A DNA stretch of 63,493 nucleotides, filler included, from Reticulomyxa filosa (Eukaryota > Protista > Foraminifera): assembly GCA_000512085.1 (NCBI GenBank). It is 13 parts of 13 records of this genome, joined end to end, with 100 filler letters (N's around TTAATTAATTAA, not from the genome) between each part and the next. Parts side by side here need not be neighbours in the genome. Positions count along the whole stretch, not along the records: positions 12,587 to 26,082 come from ASPP01018898.1; 12 more parts are not named here. One strand, given 5' to 3'. The translations under genes and the position numbers were made by a program. Below the pieces are notes generated by a model that worked only from the letters and a program-made list of their open reading frames with translations, was not told where the DNA came from and made no database searches. Below, one piece after another: positions 12,771 through 25,800 of the stretch (positions are counted from its first letter, which is position 1; each line of letters begins with the position of its first letter).

Positions 12771-14311
12771 TGGTGATCATGATGACGGGCAATTGGATCA
12801 GATGCGAAGCAGCGGAAATGATGACAGCAACAAAGACAGTGGCAACACAAAAGAACACGTGCTGATAAAGCATGTCATTCGCGGAGGGGGCTCTTCTCTT
12901 GCTTTGAAAGAGGCCGTTCATACAATCAACTCGACTCAGAACAGAGGCGGAAGAGAAGGAGAAGGAGGGGGAACAAAGACAGAGTCTAGAGATGGAGTCA
13001 TCACGACGTCGAAGATGCGCTCCGCCAATAATGATGATGGTAATGAAGAGGAAGACGTCGACACTAGTCCAAAGGAACCACAGAAAGTTGAAGATGTCGT
13101 CGCCTTTGTCAATCAACTGAATATGGATGAACTGCTGGCACAACAATTGGCTGGAGAAAACTTGCCCTTGGTTGACGCTTCTTCTCTTCCTCCTGAGACA
13201 ACCAACACTTCCGTCGACAAAGAAGACTCTACTGTCATGGTAATGTCTTTATGTATTTATTTTATTTTATTGAAATTGAAATTGAAATATCTTTGTGTGA
13301 TGATAATGTTTGGAATTTGGAATGAAGGAATCAGCGGCAAACACTAATAGTAATGACAACGCAGAAACAGAACAAGATAAAGACACGACAGAAATGGACA
13401 TGGATCTCATCCTTGCAATGCAATTGGAAATCGAAGAGACTAATCAAATGCTAAATACAATGACAAATGAAGCCGGGTTTGACTATGGCGATGATGACAA
13501 TGAGAATGAGACCCCTTCTACTACTGAAAATGCAAATGGCAAACAATCATCAGGCAAAAAACAAAATCAAAATCAAAATCAAAAGCAAAAGCAAAAGCAA
13601 AAACAAAAACAAAAACAAAGAACCAATGGAACATCAGGACAAATGAATACAATGACGGAAAAAGACATGGATTATTTGTTGACTGACATTGGAGAAAAGG
13701 AATTGCACGAAATACTTCAACACAGTCATATCACCATTGACCAATTGTTGGATGACACAGGATGCATCGATCCACAAAAAATCAAGCAATACCAAAGAAA
13801 ATTAAAAAGACACAATACACAGAAAAAAAGACACGATAATGACACACAACCGAATGAAACCGATAAAAATCAAACCGAGGCTCAAAACAAAGCAAAGACA
13901 AATCGAATCGAAGATATTTTGAATCAATTTCAACAGCCTCCAAAGTTTTGTTTTTTTCTGTCAATTTGTTCACTCTTTTTTTTTTTTTTTATATAATTTA
14001 ATACAGTGCTCGTTTGTATATTATTTTTTTGTTACAAAAAAAGACAATACAATAGCAACGATAATAGTAATAATAAGCAAGATGGAAATACACAAGAAAA
14101 ATCCAAACGACGAAAACGTCGCCAAAGGGATCAGCGAAAAGCAAAACATGAGGGACAACAAATACAGAATGAAATCGATTTTCGACGTTGCAAAGCTTGC
14201 TATGCAAAGTTTGATTCCAAACATCAATTGCTTTCCCACCTAAAAGAGTATCCTGGACATAATCTTGTTCAAGATTCACATGATGATACTGTTGAAACCA
14301 CTGTATTTTGA
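12587..14311 (+). CDS. DNAJC21/Jjj1-like protein, C-terminal part with two C2H2 zinc fingers (5'-partial)
   Basis: FECIICGKH(F)KNEAALRNHEKSKKH (needs +1 T at about 12629) and terminal CKACYAKFDSKHQLLSHLKEYPGH match the two Zn fingers typical of Jjj1/DNAJC21. The J-domain would lie beyond the contig edge. Confidence 0.65.
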
Positions 14312-15088
14312 GCCAAAACAACTCAAAATCACATTTTTTACGGCGTTTCTCTGCCCCTTGATGAGCGTGTTTCGCAGAGTGGGAAGAAAAGACATAAAAA
14401 TTACTCTGATTAACATTTTGAAAGTATTTTTCAGTAATTTTTTTTTATTTGTTTGGTTTTTATTTTTATCTCATTTTATTTATTTTGTTGAAATATATAT
14501 TAAAGCTTTGTACATCTCGCTTACTCTTCCTGATTTTATTTTTCTTTCCTTTTTTCTCGATTTAAGTTCTTCAGAAAAATAAGCAGACGTAGATTGGGAA
14601 TGCATCACATTTCAACAACCAAAAAAAGGACCAACTAGCCGCGTGAAAATCAACACAACAAAAATCTGGTTCACACGTTAAATATATGATAAGTTTCTCT
14701 TTTGAAACGAGCCTCTGAAAACTATCCCTTTAAACTAAAAAAAAAATGGTATTACTTAAAGCTCATATGATACCTCTTAAACTTTAATAGAAGTGCTTCA
14801 ATGAAATTTTCAAAATTTAAAAAGGATTTTTGGAGTTAAAAACAAAATTTTGTCTTTTTTTTGCACAGTAATCAAATTGGTCTCTAAGAAAAGATCACAC
14901 ATTTTGCGATAGTATTTCGAATTATGCTGACGGGATAGTGAACCATCTTTTTTAGTATTTTGAGGCAACGAATTGCCACATAACACGCATGCATTTGTCA
15001 TCTTTAAAACAGCAAAACAAAAAAGAAAAAAACCCCCAAATTTCTCTCATGTTAATACATAATCTCTTTTGGCGCAACCCCAAAAAAT

Positions 15089-15797
15089 TTATTGGGTTTT
15101 TTCTGCTGGAGCAGTAGTTGCTGGTTTTGCTTGGTCTTTACCCTTGGCAGACAATCGTTGTTTTACCTCTACCAGCAATTCTCCAATGAGTTTTTTCTCT
15201 TTTCAAATCTTTCATTTCGTGCATTAATTTGTTTTCTAACATGTTTTCTGAATGCTCGTCTTGGTGGATATCGCTTGCCACTCTCTTTTTTGGCATGGAG
15301 GATAGCTTTTTGAATCAACTGAGGCAATGCATTAAAGACTCGGCGATTGTTTCTGCGTTTCAATGCACGCTTGTAATACGCCAAACGGCCTGTGCCAAGT
15401 CCTTTGCGTCGCAATACCTTGTGTGCCCAATTGTCTAAGCAATAGATTTATCAAACACAATTTTTTCCGAAATTGCGTAACACTCAACCACACATTTTAA
15501 TTTTTCGTCAAAAAAATGTTCCTAAAAAAAAGAAAAAGAACGTATGATGCGATTTTGCAGTTTTCATTAGTGACGATGTTTGTATGTGCCTACATTTTCT
15601 CGTTTTAGCATTTGGATACCCGCAAGCACCACATTTCTTCTTCTGGATGTGAAAAGCTCGATGACCGCAACGAACGCACAGGCAGTGTGATTTCGTGTGT
15701 CGTTTACCCTTACTTGATGTTCCTTTCGGCTATTTAAAAAAAATGAAACAAAATGGTCGAGACATGGCATCACACATTGAAAAATTTGTTTTACCAT
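15089..15797 (-). CDS. RPL37: 60S ribosomal protein eL37 with C-terminal extension (3 exons)
   Basis: ATG (15797-15795), intron, [45 protein letters not shown] (15729-15594), intron, [18 protein letters not shown] (from 15434). The C4 Zn finger and GTGR motif of eL37 are present. As written the stop is at 15169; with +1 A in the A-run near 15191 it is at 15089. Confidence 0.93.
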
Positions 15798-16688
15798 AGC
15801 TTTCTATGCTTTTTCTTCTAATTCTCCGAGACTTTTGATTGCAATGACCCGGGACAATCAAACAGGAATCACTTTTGAGCAAAAAAAATCTAGCTAGACC
15901 ACGTTTACTTTTAACGTCTAAAAGAAAAAAGAAGCGCTGGAATCTAATTTGGACACAAATTTTAAATAACTTCTTTTAATTTTGATATAATACACATAAT
16001 TTCAAATTTGACACGTTCGTTGGTTCATGTATTGCAAAACTAGCAATAACAGTATATTAAAATGTGTGCAAACAATTAGAAAAGGCTTTGTTTTTTCCAT
16101 TGCATTCAAAGTACTGCTATATTGCAAATATAGTGTTACTTGAGCAGATTGCTCTTGTTACAAATTGTTGGAAACTGAATGCTCAAGTTATAGTGATTTT
16201 TTTAAAGTGCCTAATTAAAAAAACACTATGTATATTAAGTTTTGTTATTTGCAAGAAATTTACAGAAATTTTGAGTCCTTATAATTATTGTTGGCATTGT
16301 GTTACTATTTAAATAAATTGACATAATATATAAAAAAAAGCGTATCTGCTGTCCAACTGTTCAATTTAAAAAAAGGTACCTGTCTAATATTGATGTTTAT
16401 TTTGCACTGATTGCAGTAATGACATTCAAGAATTAGGTTGATTTGAAGTAACAACCAGATAAAAAGTGTTCAAAATAAAAGTTACTCGGTCATAGAATGT
16501 TACAACAAGAAGATTTTTAATATATTTTCTTTATTTGTTGTAATCTTTTTGGGAATGCTTAAATGTTGACATTTTATCTTCTTCGTATTGGTGAGAAATA
16601 CAGGATAAAAATGCAATAAGAAACAAAGAAAAATGAAAGAATAAAAACTTTGGACAGATATCAAGATTAGCCATAACCTAAACATACA

Positions 16689-18181
16689 TTACATTTGCGT
16701 GAAAGAATGCAAAGAAGGCAGACCTTCAATGATGCTCTTGTGAAAAAATAAAGAGTCCAACCATCCGTCATTTGGAACAAAACAAAACGTTCCACCTTTT
16801 ACCGTGTCTTCATAGGCAGGATATTTTAACACTCCATTGGCGCCGCCAACCCGAATTTTAGTTCCCATGATCTCCAAATAAGATCCCTTGGGCATTACGA
16901 TAACTGGCAGGGAAGGATATTCTGTTTTTTTTTGATGGCATAACACAAAAATGGCTTACTGGGGAGGGACAAACAACAATAAAAAAAGGAGTTGTATTCC
17001 ATAGTAACCTTTTTGATAGAATTCAATTTGAAGCACTTCTTCCTCAGTCAAAAATTTTCTGACTTTGGTTTTTTTAGGATTCTCGGGTTTTGAGCAAAAC
17101 ATTGGCGCGTTGTCTGGAGTTTCGACTTCCTCTCCGCCAAAAGAGTGATACAATTGAAATGGTATCCACGACAGTCCATGCAAAAATGATGACAAAGTGT
17201 CAGTGGGCATTACGGGGATGGTAATGAAGTTACGACACATGGCCAGAGATGGACACATGATATCACAGGCCGCCTGTCCCAGAGCAATGCAGGGCACTTT
17301 GTCCACGTCGACACGTTGTTGTAACACTGACAGCATATTTGGAATCCTCTGCAGATGATACATTAGTTCAAACGCATTGCCCGAAGCGATGATGATCGCG
17401 TCGCATGTCTTTAAACATTTGATCGGTGGCCTTTCCTTTGAGGCAAAGACACGCCGTTGCTATGTGTTGTAACGAACAAACATTAACAAAAGACTGACAA
17501 AACTGTATGCAAAGGAGTGATCTTGTGATTAAATCCACAAAGGATTGGTTTCAATCTGTTAATTATTGCCTTTGTGTATTGCTCTCTTTCGTTATCCTTT
17601 TCGGTCTGTACATTTTTTTTTTTCATTTTTTAACAACAAAAAAACAATGCGCCATGACAACACCATAAGGAAACGTCATTTGCATACCATTCCATAGGCA
17701 ATCAACGCAATTGAAAGCACTTTGTCTTGTATAGTGCTGATCTGTTGAGTGGATTCGCTGTTATCTGACGGCGTCTGTTTCTTGAGATTCGGGTGACATT
17801 GAGTTATAAATTGATCAAGATCTCTTTGTAAGGTTGTAAAAATTGAAAATTGAAATAAGGTAATGTGTGAGAAATCAATAACAATCGACGTGTCGAAGAC
17901 GACGTGTGACGGTATAAATGTGATTTTTGCTCTTCCAAGTATTTGTTGTCTCGTTTTTTTCCACCGTTTTTGAATTTTGGATAGCTTTTCAAAGCTAGTC
18001 CCAAAGTCCAAGCAAAAAGCAAGCCAACACCAATGCCAACAAAAAATCCTCGATTCTTCAGGTACGACACGTTGTCGTTGGACGACGACTGGGTCTGGAT
18101 CATTGAAGAGCGTAAGGGTTTAATAACACCTGCGTTTGTTTCAGTCATTAGACCTGATAAATGCGAAAGTTGGGGGTTCAT
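16689..18181 (-). CDS. Peptidase S51 (dipeptidase E/PepE) homologue with an N-terminal TM helix, probably catalytically inactive
   Basis: RLLLISHT, DAIIIASGNAFELMYHL, VPCIALGQAACDIMCPSL, GLSWIPFQLYHSF and LPVIVMPKGSYLEI align in order with PepE segments LLLLSNS, IFVGGGNTF, YIGWSAGAN..CPTI, LxLxPxQINPH and VIGLPEG. TM segment is GFFVGIGVGLLFAWTLGLAL. Confidence 0.7.
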
Positions 18182-18656
18182 TTCTATTAAGATGCCAATT
18201 TATTTATAAAGGCGAATAAAAAAATTTTAAGGGGCCTTTAAATGTTGTTGTCAAAAACCAGTTTGAGGGTGTACAAAGTGCTACGCGAATATTTTAGAGG
18301 ACCTTTGCACTTTTCCAATTACAACATAGAGGAAATACAATTTTGAAAAGTCGCTCTGATGAATATTAAAGACAACTTGTTTATCAATTTAATTTCGTGA
18401 CATTTTGTGCACAATACAAGCTAGATCATTTTGATCTTGCAAAAGTCTTCAAAACTGAAAAGAAAAAATTTCCGTAATTTGAGACCATCTCTATAGACCT
18501 GCAGTCAAAAATAGAAAAAAAAGTGATGCTGAAAATATTGGCATTTTATAACAAGCAACAGAGGATGTGCCATTGTACTAAAAGCCTATGAATTGGACAA
18601 AGGAAGCTCAATACGTAAGCGTCTCAACTTCGTCTCTCATTTCTTTTCAATGCATT

Positions 18657-19550
18657 TCATTTGAGAAATTTGATTCGATGGATGACCCCATTGGTGAAAT
18701 AGACAATTTGAAGCAAGATATCTTTGTATAAGAAATCATCCAGACACTCGTTCAACACAGTGTAAATTTGATTATGCTGTTTGATCAAAGCAGCGCAACA
18801 ACTTAAGCACACAAAATGAATTTTATTTGAGCACGCAAATAAATAGTCCATATCGTGAATTTGAGCCGAGCAAATGTCACACGATATAAACGCATGGTCA
18901 AAGTCCTTTAAAATATGTTTGTAACACAGTTCTTTACACATGGTGGATGTCACCGCCTCTCTCTCGCAAAACAGACACTCGAATTTCCATTGATACTGCA
19001 GATCAACTAGAAAAGAGATGATTTCAAGACTTAAAAATTGTGCGATACAATGGGCACTGTTGATATTATATTTGGTCAAAGTCCAGCGTTGGTACCATTT
19101 GAGCCAGGAGGGACTATTCGTCTTTGTGATATAATGCACACTGACACACTCCGATAACGTTTGAAACAGCGTCTTCAAGTTCGTGTCGTCTTTGCTCATT
19201 CCAAACAATAAAACGTCGATCACATCTGCATTCTCCTCTGCGCTTCTATTCCCCGGAAGTGCTTCTGATGACAAGCGGACATCGAATGTTGCGAATGTCG
19301 ACTTCACGTACTCTTCCATGCACTTGTCGTAGTATTCAACTATGTAATCTCCATCACTTGTGATCTCGATTATTTTCGCTATTGTGGCCAAATTCGAGTT
19401 TGGAGGGATCACTCTTACCATGTCGTTTACTTTGAAGACGCCAAAGTTTCCATTCAAAAAGTTGGCACGGTTTTTGGCCAAGAGCTCGGGATTTGTACTT
19501 TTCGAAAAAAAAGTGATCTCATCTGTATTGTTTTCAAAATTATTATCCAT
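18657..19550 (-). CDS. Hypothetical protein: N-terminal Tudor/KOW-like beta-barrel and C-terminal Cys/His-rich Zn-binding region
   Basis: Intronless 297-aa ORF with FKVNDMVRV...AKIIEITSDGDYIVEYYD and CLFC...CYKH...CDIC...C...H..CLSC. Confidence 0.6.
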   Translation of the reverse strand: MDNNFENNTDEITFFSKSTNPELLAKNRANFLNGNFGVFKVNDMVRVIPPNSNLATIAKIIEITSDGDYIVEYYDKCMEEYVKSTFATFDVRLSSEALPGNRSAEENADVIDVLLFGMSKDDTNLKTLFQTLSECVSVHYITKTNSPSWLKWYQRWTLTKYNINSAHCIAQFLSLEIISFLVDLQYQWKFECLFCEREAVTSTMCKELCYKHILKDFDHAFISCDICSAQIHDMDYLFACSNKIHFVCLSCCAALIKQHNQIYTVLNECLDDFLYKDILLQIVYFTNGVIHRIKFLK

Positions 19551-19829
19551 TCAATTGCATGATTAAAGAAGAAAATTTTTTTTTTGTGGAACCACCTTTT
19601 TTCGAAAGCTTCAATTTGCTGTGTGCTTCACAGGAGCGTTTGCTGGACTTCAATTATGTTTTACTTTCCTTAAAAAATAATGTAATGTTTTTCTCTACTA
19701 AATTGCAACGAAGTGATGTCTTCTAAATTCTATTTGAATTTGCATTTTTTACTCTCTCACGCATTGCTAAAACAAAAAACGAGTGGTTTTAAGTGAAAGA
19801 AAGACTGAAAGGACAACAAAACTTGTAGT

Positions 19830-22800
19830 TTGAGACTCGAGTTGACGCGTAAACCATCTGCTTATATTTTCTTGAAAAAACTAGGCTTTAAGGCTGGTGT
19901 GATGCAGACCCGATTGCCTTTTATTGATCGCCCTTCAGGATTGTCTTTGCGCTTTGGGGCACAGAGCAAACTTGACACAAAGACAGTCTTTACAGACGGG
20001 TTGAAAATTCCACCAGAGCGATTTGAATACAGCTTACTATGGGCACGGTGGTCAAAGAAAAATGAGCAGTGGGACCTCGATGTGAGACTTCGGAGTTTGT
20101 TTGCGTATCTGCGTATCGTGTACAACTTTGTGCATTTTGAAACGACGAACCTGCTGACATTGGAAAGAGATAAATTGAAGTTTGATCCGTCGACACTGCA
20201 GCAAATTGGGATAGACTTGTTTGTAAAGACGACGCAGAGCAATAATAACTACGGAGATTGTGCGAATGAAACAGACGTGCACAACGAAAATAAAGAAAAA
20301 GAGGCATCGATACGCTACGAAATGAAGTGGAAAGATAGCGAAATGGGACGCAAAAGTGGAGCGATAAATGGAATGAAAAGTACCTGTTTGTATATGACAA
20401 ATGTTTCTACATTGTGATATTTACAGAGACAATGGAGCACGAGCTTATCCTTCGACTGCCATTTCATCATACGAGTGTGTAGTTTGTAGTTTATATTGTT
20501 TGTTAAAGATAAGTAATGCAATGTAAATATAATGCAATGTAAATATAATGCAATGTAAATATAATGCAATGCAAATATAATACAATACAAATACAACACA
20601 ATGTCACAATAGCGATCTACGAGACGTTCCATGCGGATTGGTGTTGGAAGTACAATCAAAGTAAGGACCCACGGGACAAACAGATGGTCGAATTGCTTCG
20701 AATGGATCTGAGAGCACCCCCTTATGTGTATAGTCTCATCCCCGTTTCCAACGACTCCTTTGGCCATTGGATTTGTCCGAGCTGTCAGTTTTTGAATGGT
20801 GATCTGGACGTGTGGAAAAGAGACTCTTCGTCCTCGACTCGGTCTTGCTTCAATTGTGATGCCCCACTATCGCAGACGACATTGAAGAAGTCAGAGCGCA
20901 CACCTCCGAGACTGGTACTCCTTGACTCCGATAACGTCCTTTTGTGGTTCCACGACGTCCGTCAATCGATCTTATACGTTCAGTTGTCAGCCTTTGAGTC
21001 CTGTCTTCGACACGAACGTATCCATTGTGTGCTTTTTGCTTGTCTTTGCAACTTTATTGTTCTGCCAAAGTTCTTTGCTTTGTATACGTTACTGTTCGCA
21101 ACACAAAATAAAACATGCACCAGCTAAAGAGAGCGGCAGACTGGTGCTGGACTTATTCAACAACTATTTGCAGGCGTGGCTGATCGAGAATAAGAACACG
21201 CCATTGACAGTGGAGGAATGGATAAGACTGTTGAGCGTGTCCAATTTGTACAATGTCCATGTGTTGCGACCTTGGAAGAGCAAAGACATGCGCAGCAATA
21301 GACCCGAGTTCGATTTCCTGCGCGCCGTTCCATGTATTCGCGCACTGCTCAAAGATCAATTCCAAAATGCACTGCGCATTTCAACAGCATTGTATCTATC
21401 CAATAACAACTCGAATTCCAATGTCCCGTCCTCAGCTCCGACTCTTGTTTATTTCGGATGTGACCACTACGTGCTCTCGCAAGACACCAAACGCCAAAGA
21501 ATTGATTGGTTGTGCAACTTAGTCATTTCGCCGATGCAATTAAAAATGCCTAATATTGCACTACTTGTCATGTCCAAATTTATCGTTACGTGTGTTTTTT
21601 TCTTTAATTGTCACAATGAGGCAAACATTGGATAAAATACACATTGGATATATCCAAAGGATTTTGCAAATCCTTGGCTATTGTTTGAAGAAGGTACCGA
21701 ACAATGGGATGCAGAATTCGAAGATATGGCTAGCGCTGCTCAGGAGAGTGACGTTACTAAGATGGGATTGGAAAGGGCATTGGCAATTGTTTCAACCAAA
21801 GTTGAGTAATGACGTTCTCTTTCTCGACATATGTATCTGTCAATATAATTGTGTCTATTAAACACACACCCATTGCAAAGGATGCACAATTATTAGCGCA
21901 ACTCGTAAGTGAATATTTGAACGAAGAATTGGAACCACTGTTCTTGGATGTGGTCCTTTCGCCAATGCAAATGAAAGTTCGTGTCGACGACTCATTGGTT
22001 GCCAACGATTTTAATTTCCGAAAAATTTGCAAAATCGCAATCAATCCCTATTATCTGTGTATAACCTTTGTCGATCGTGAAGTGTTTCCTTCGGAAGCCA
22101 CCCCGGAGGTTCCTCCGGATGAATCATCCGGCTGGCCACGTTATCTCAATTACAACGTCATGGAAAGATATCGCGTATTTATGAATCAGCATGGGTTCAA
22201 AATGGCCAGCACGCAACAATTTGAGCTGCTAATTCCGGTTTGCTCTGACTCATTGTCTTCTGACAAGCCTGCTTCGTATCAACAAAGGCTTTACGCTATT
22301 GCCAAACAAATGACGTCTTTTCAATTTTATGAGTTCTGTGTTTTATTTTTATCACTTCAATGTTATTGCTTATCCCAAATTCACACAAAATACGCTTCAG
22401 ATTGGTTGAAAAGATTAACCAAATTCGCGACGAAATGATCAGCGATGCAAGCGAAAATCTGGAGAACGAATTTAATCGCTTGTCTTTGAAGGGAGATCAC
22501 CGACACAAAGACCATTCACATCCATCAAATAGCAAACAACAACAACAAAGAAAGGGCGATGGCAATTTGCGTAGTCACAAAAATGAAAGTCCGATTCATG
22601 CCAATCGCACAGACGACAAGAACAAGAACAAGAACAACAAAAGCGCTGAGAACAAAGAGTCGATTCGCGATCCAGTCAAGCAGAAGCAATCTCATTCATG
22701 TACAACCACACAAACAAATAAAGAGATATTACAACGCCAAGACAAGCCTATTCCACCCTCAAAACTGCAACCAGATCAACAGCACAAGACTGAGGAACGA

Positions 22801-23832
22801 GTCATGAAAGGGACCAATTCGCCTGTTGTCTCGAGCCAAATGTCAAAAAAGATAAATGAAGACGCTCAGACAAATAAAAAAAAAAAGAGGAAACGTAAAA
22901 AAAATGCAAAAGAAAAGCAAGAACCAACAAAAATACAGCAGGAGCAGGAGAAGGAAGAACGAAAAGATCAAATAGACATCGATACTTCCAAAACGACGCA
23001 GTCGAACGTGAAAATAATAAACAATATAATTGATGCAAGCAACCAATTAGACGAAGAAAAAATTCCATATTTTACTGACAAATCAATTTCACACACTTCA
23101 TATGAAATTTGTGGTGTTAAACTCTATTCCAAAATATGCTCGGACATAATTCGAAAAGAATTAAGCGAAATTACACCTAAGTGGATGGAATATTTGGCTA
23201 CTCTGTCTCAAAAATTAATTCATTATGCGATCAAAAGGCCCACTATTAAATATTTGAAAAGTAAAAATGGAAAAGAAGTTGAACAACTTAAGGTTTTTTT
23301 ATTTGTTGATTAATGATTGATTGCGGCATACTTTGCTAATAAAAAAACAAAGGTGACTATAACAAGTTTTTTGTCTGAACCCGAACAATATCATACATAT
23401 CACTCAATTCGAGATAACATTACTAAATTACTGTTGCGATTAAATCGTCATTTGGAAAAATACCAACTGTCAGAGGTATTGAAGCAATATGATAGCACAA
23501 GTATATTAGCACACATGGGAACAAAAATAGCTCATTTTCTTGAGAAAAATCAGTCAAAGTTGAAACAACTAAAAGAAAAAGCTAAACCAAACAAAACGAG
23601 ACCAATCACTTTTGCAGACGAAAATGAAGCAAAAAAAGCATATAGGTTGGATTTATTATTTTCTTTCAACGGCATTGATAGGCAAAATCAAATTGACAAT
23701 GATCTTGTCAATGTATTAAATCAATTATTTGTCTACTTCAAAATGATTGAGATACACGAAACAATACTAAAAGAAGTGGAGCCTTGGCTTTCACCAGAAC
23801 TTGTTGAGGGTAGCAGCTTATCTTCATATTAA
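19830..23832 (+). CDS. Large multi-exon hypothetical protein with a RanBP2-type-like Zn finger
   Basis: Chain of co-directional ORFs separated by short introns or frameshifts, including WICPSCQFLN(x16)CFNC at about 20768-20860 and a charged low-complexity region at 22480-23000. Confidence 0.6.
20514..20585. repeat. 16-bp minisatellite (TAATGCAATGTAAATA) x about 4.5, probably intronic
   Basis: Directly visible tandem copies. Confidence 0.85.
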
Positions 23833-24799
23833 ATCAGTTGAAACACAATATTTATGTTTCATAATTAAACAAAAGGAACATAAATAGCTTTTATTTCATT
23901 CAACTTGATTACTTGAGAAATTATTAATGATTGAAAAGATATAAATACAAAAGCTAAAAATATAATGTATTGTGAGTTATTGAAATTCGATTATATAACA
24001 CCAATAATACATTTATTTTTATCAATTAAACATATATTAAAATAAATTAGTAAAATCTAGAAAGCAAGAAATAATATTACAATTGAAATCATATAATTAA
24101 TAAATGATATAACATATAAATAGTGAAAAAGTTATATAAGTATGATAAATATAAGTGAATAAAGTAAAATGACTATATAATACAAAAATTAATATATAAT
24201 ATATTTTGATTTTGCGTAAAATAAATATACAATAAATAAAAGAAAAAGCTTAAAATAAGAAGACGAAACAAAATGTAATTAACAAGTAAGAATATAGAAT
24301 TATTTTACAAAACAAACAAAATATCAATTTAACTTTAAATTCTTTTTTAAAAAGAAAAAACAATCATAATAATTGACAAAATAAAAGAGAGCAAGTAGAA
24401 AAACTAGCAAAATGTAATGTGAAAAAATTAAATACATTTACACAAGCGAAATGGCAAAAAAAAAATCAAAATATTATAATGATCAGATGCTGCATGCATA
24501 TGAGCTAACACAACGTAAAGAATGTTTATGCTTTCAAGTAATGTAAAGATATAATAACGAAAATTGAAAATATTGTTTTATTGATTACTTAGCAATAAAT
24601 CATAATATTGGCACTGTATTTAGGTTGATTGATGTGCTTGTTGATGTTTTGAATAAAATTTTCTATATTTGGGACGTCTGTTGATAGTATTTGTGCACTA
24701 ACTGTAATACGAGAGGTGTTTACTAAGAAGAGAATAGAGGTTTTCGTAAAATGAAAGTAGTTTAAATAATAAAACAAAATAACAAAAGGAAAGTAAGAA

Positions 24800-25500
24800 A
24801 GCAAGAAGTAGGTTTGTTGAGGAAGTTTAACATACTGTGGATTCCTCAGTTCCATTGACGTTCAGATACTTATAATAGGGACTTGACCTACATATTAAAA
24901 AAATAGTTTTTATGACAATAAGTATTTAAACTAATTTTTTTGTTTTATTTTCTTGGACTTTTTGGAATAATAGCATCTTATGAGACTTCAAGTCGAAAAC
25001 AAGGATCCAGATGATTCGATTGAGCAACTTTACTGTAATCACTAATGAGTTCCTTTTGGGATGTGGTGTTCTTTGTTTAGTATAGAGTTTTATTTCTTCT
25101 TAAAAAAAAGAAGGAAATATGTTAAAATAATTTTTTTACTTCATTCGTTATTAATATGTCAATTGCTGGTCCCAAATTTTTGACAATATCTACTTCTTAA
25201 ATTTGGTTATCATTCAAATGCAGATTCTTGGGATTGGATCTTGAGCTGAATGCGCAATATCATTGATATACAGCAGGAATAACAGTGGAGACGATGATCA
25301 TCATTTTGGTACACCAACTCAACATTTTTTTCACTGAAATTGATTATGCTCAATACACACTTGTACAATCCAATCTTTGAGGAAACTATACAATCACCAA
25401 TACATTATCCCTTTTAATTCAAATTCTTTTCTATATTGTGTATCCAATAACACTGCATATTGTTTGCCCCTTTTGTAAGAAGGAAAGAAGTAAAGCCAAT
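24800..25500 (-). mobile_element. Highly decayed non-LTR retrotransposon RT fragment
   Basis: The minus strand gives YAVLLD, GVPK**SSSPLLFLLYINDI (degenerate GVPQGSxLSPLLFxxYIND) and, further on, MELRNPQYVKL, which resembles PPLELRRQ of the element at 35880-37712. Confidence 0.6.
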
Positions 25501-25559
25501 ACTAACCCAACTGAAGAAGGAACTAAATATATCTTAAAAAACCGATATCTGGCGAAATA

Positions 25560-25800
25560 ACGGCCAGAACATATTTGCCCCCTTCAGAAATGTTTCCGAT
25601 TGGAGACAACAAGAAGAAAATCAAGATATCAGTTCCAGAATTTATATAACGAATTTTGGAGTGAAACAGGTATGTCGTCGATATTTACGTGCAACTCAAA
25701 GGATGTTTGAAATCAAACAAGATAAATTCCAAAGATCAGGTTGATTGAAATTAACACTCCAGGAGAAAGAAAGTCGATAATGTTTGTAGCTTTATAGGAA
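25560..25800 (+). mobile_element. Decayed APE-endonuclease fragment of the same LINE family as 35880-37712
   Basis: Clear nucleotide similarity to 35885-36146 (TTCCAGAATTTATATAA.GAATT.TGGAGTGAAACAGG; TTTGAAATCAAACAAGA.AAATTCCAAA), with small deletions. Confidence 0.85.
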
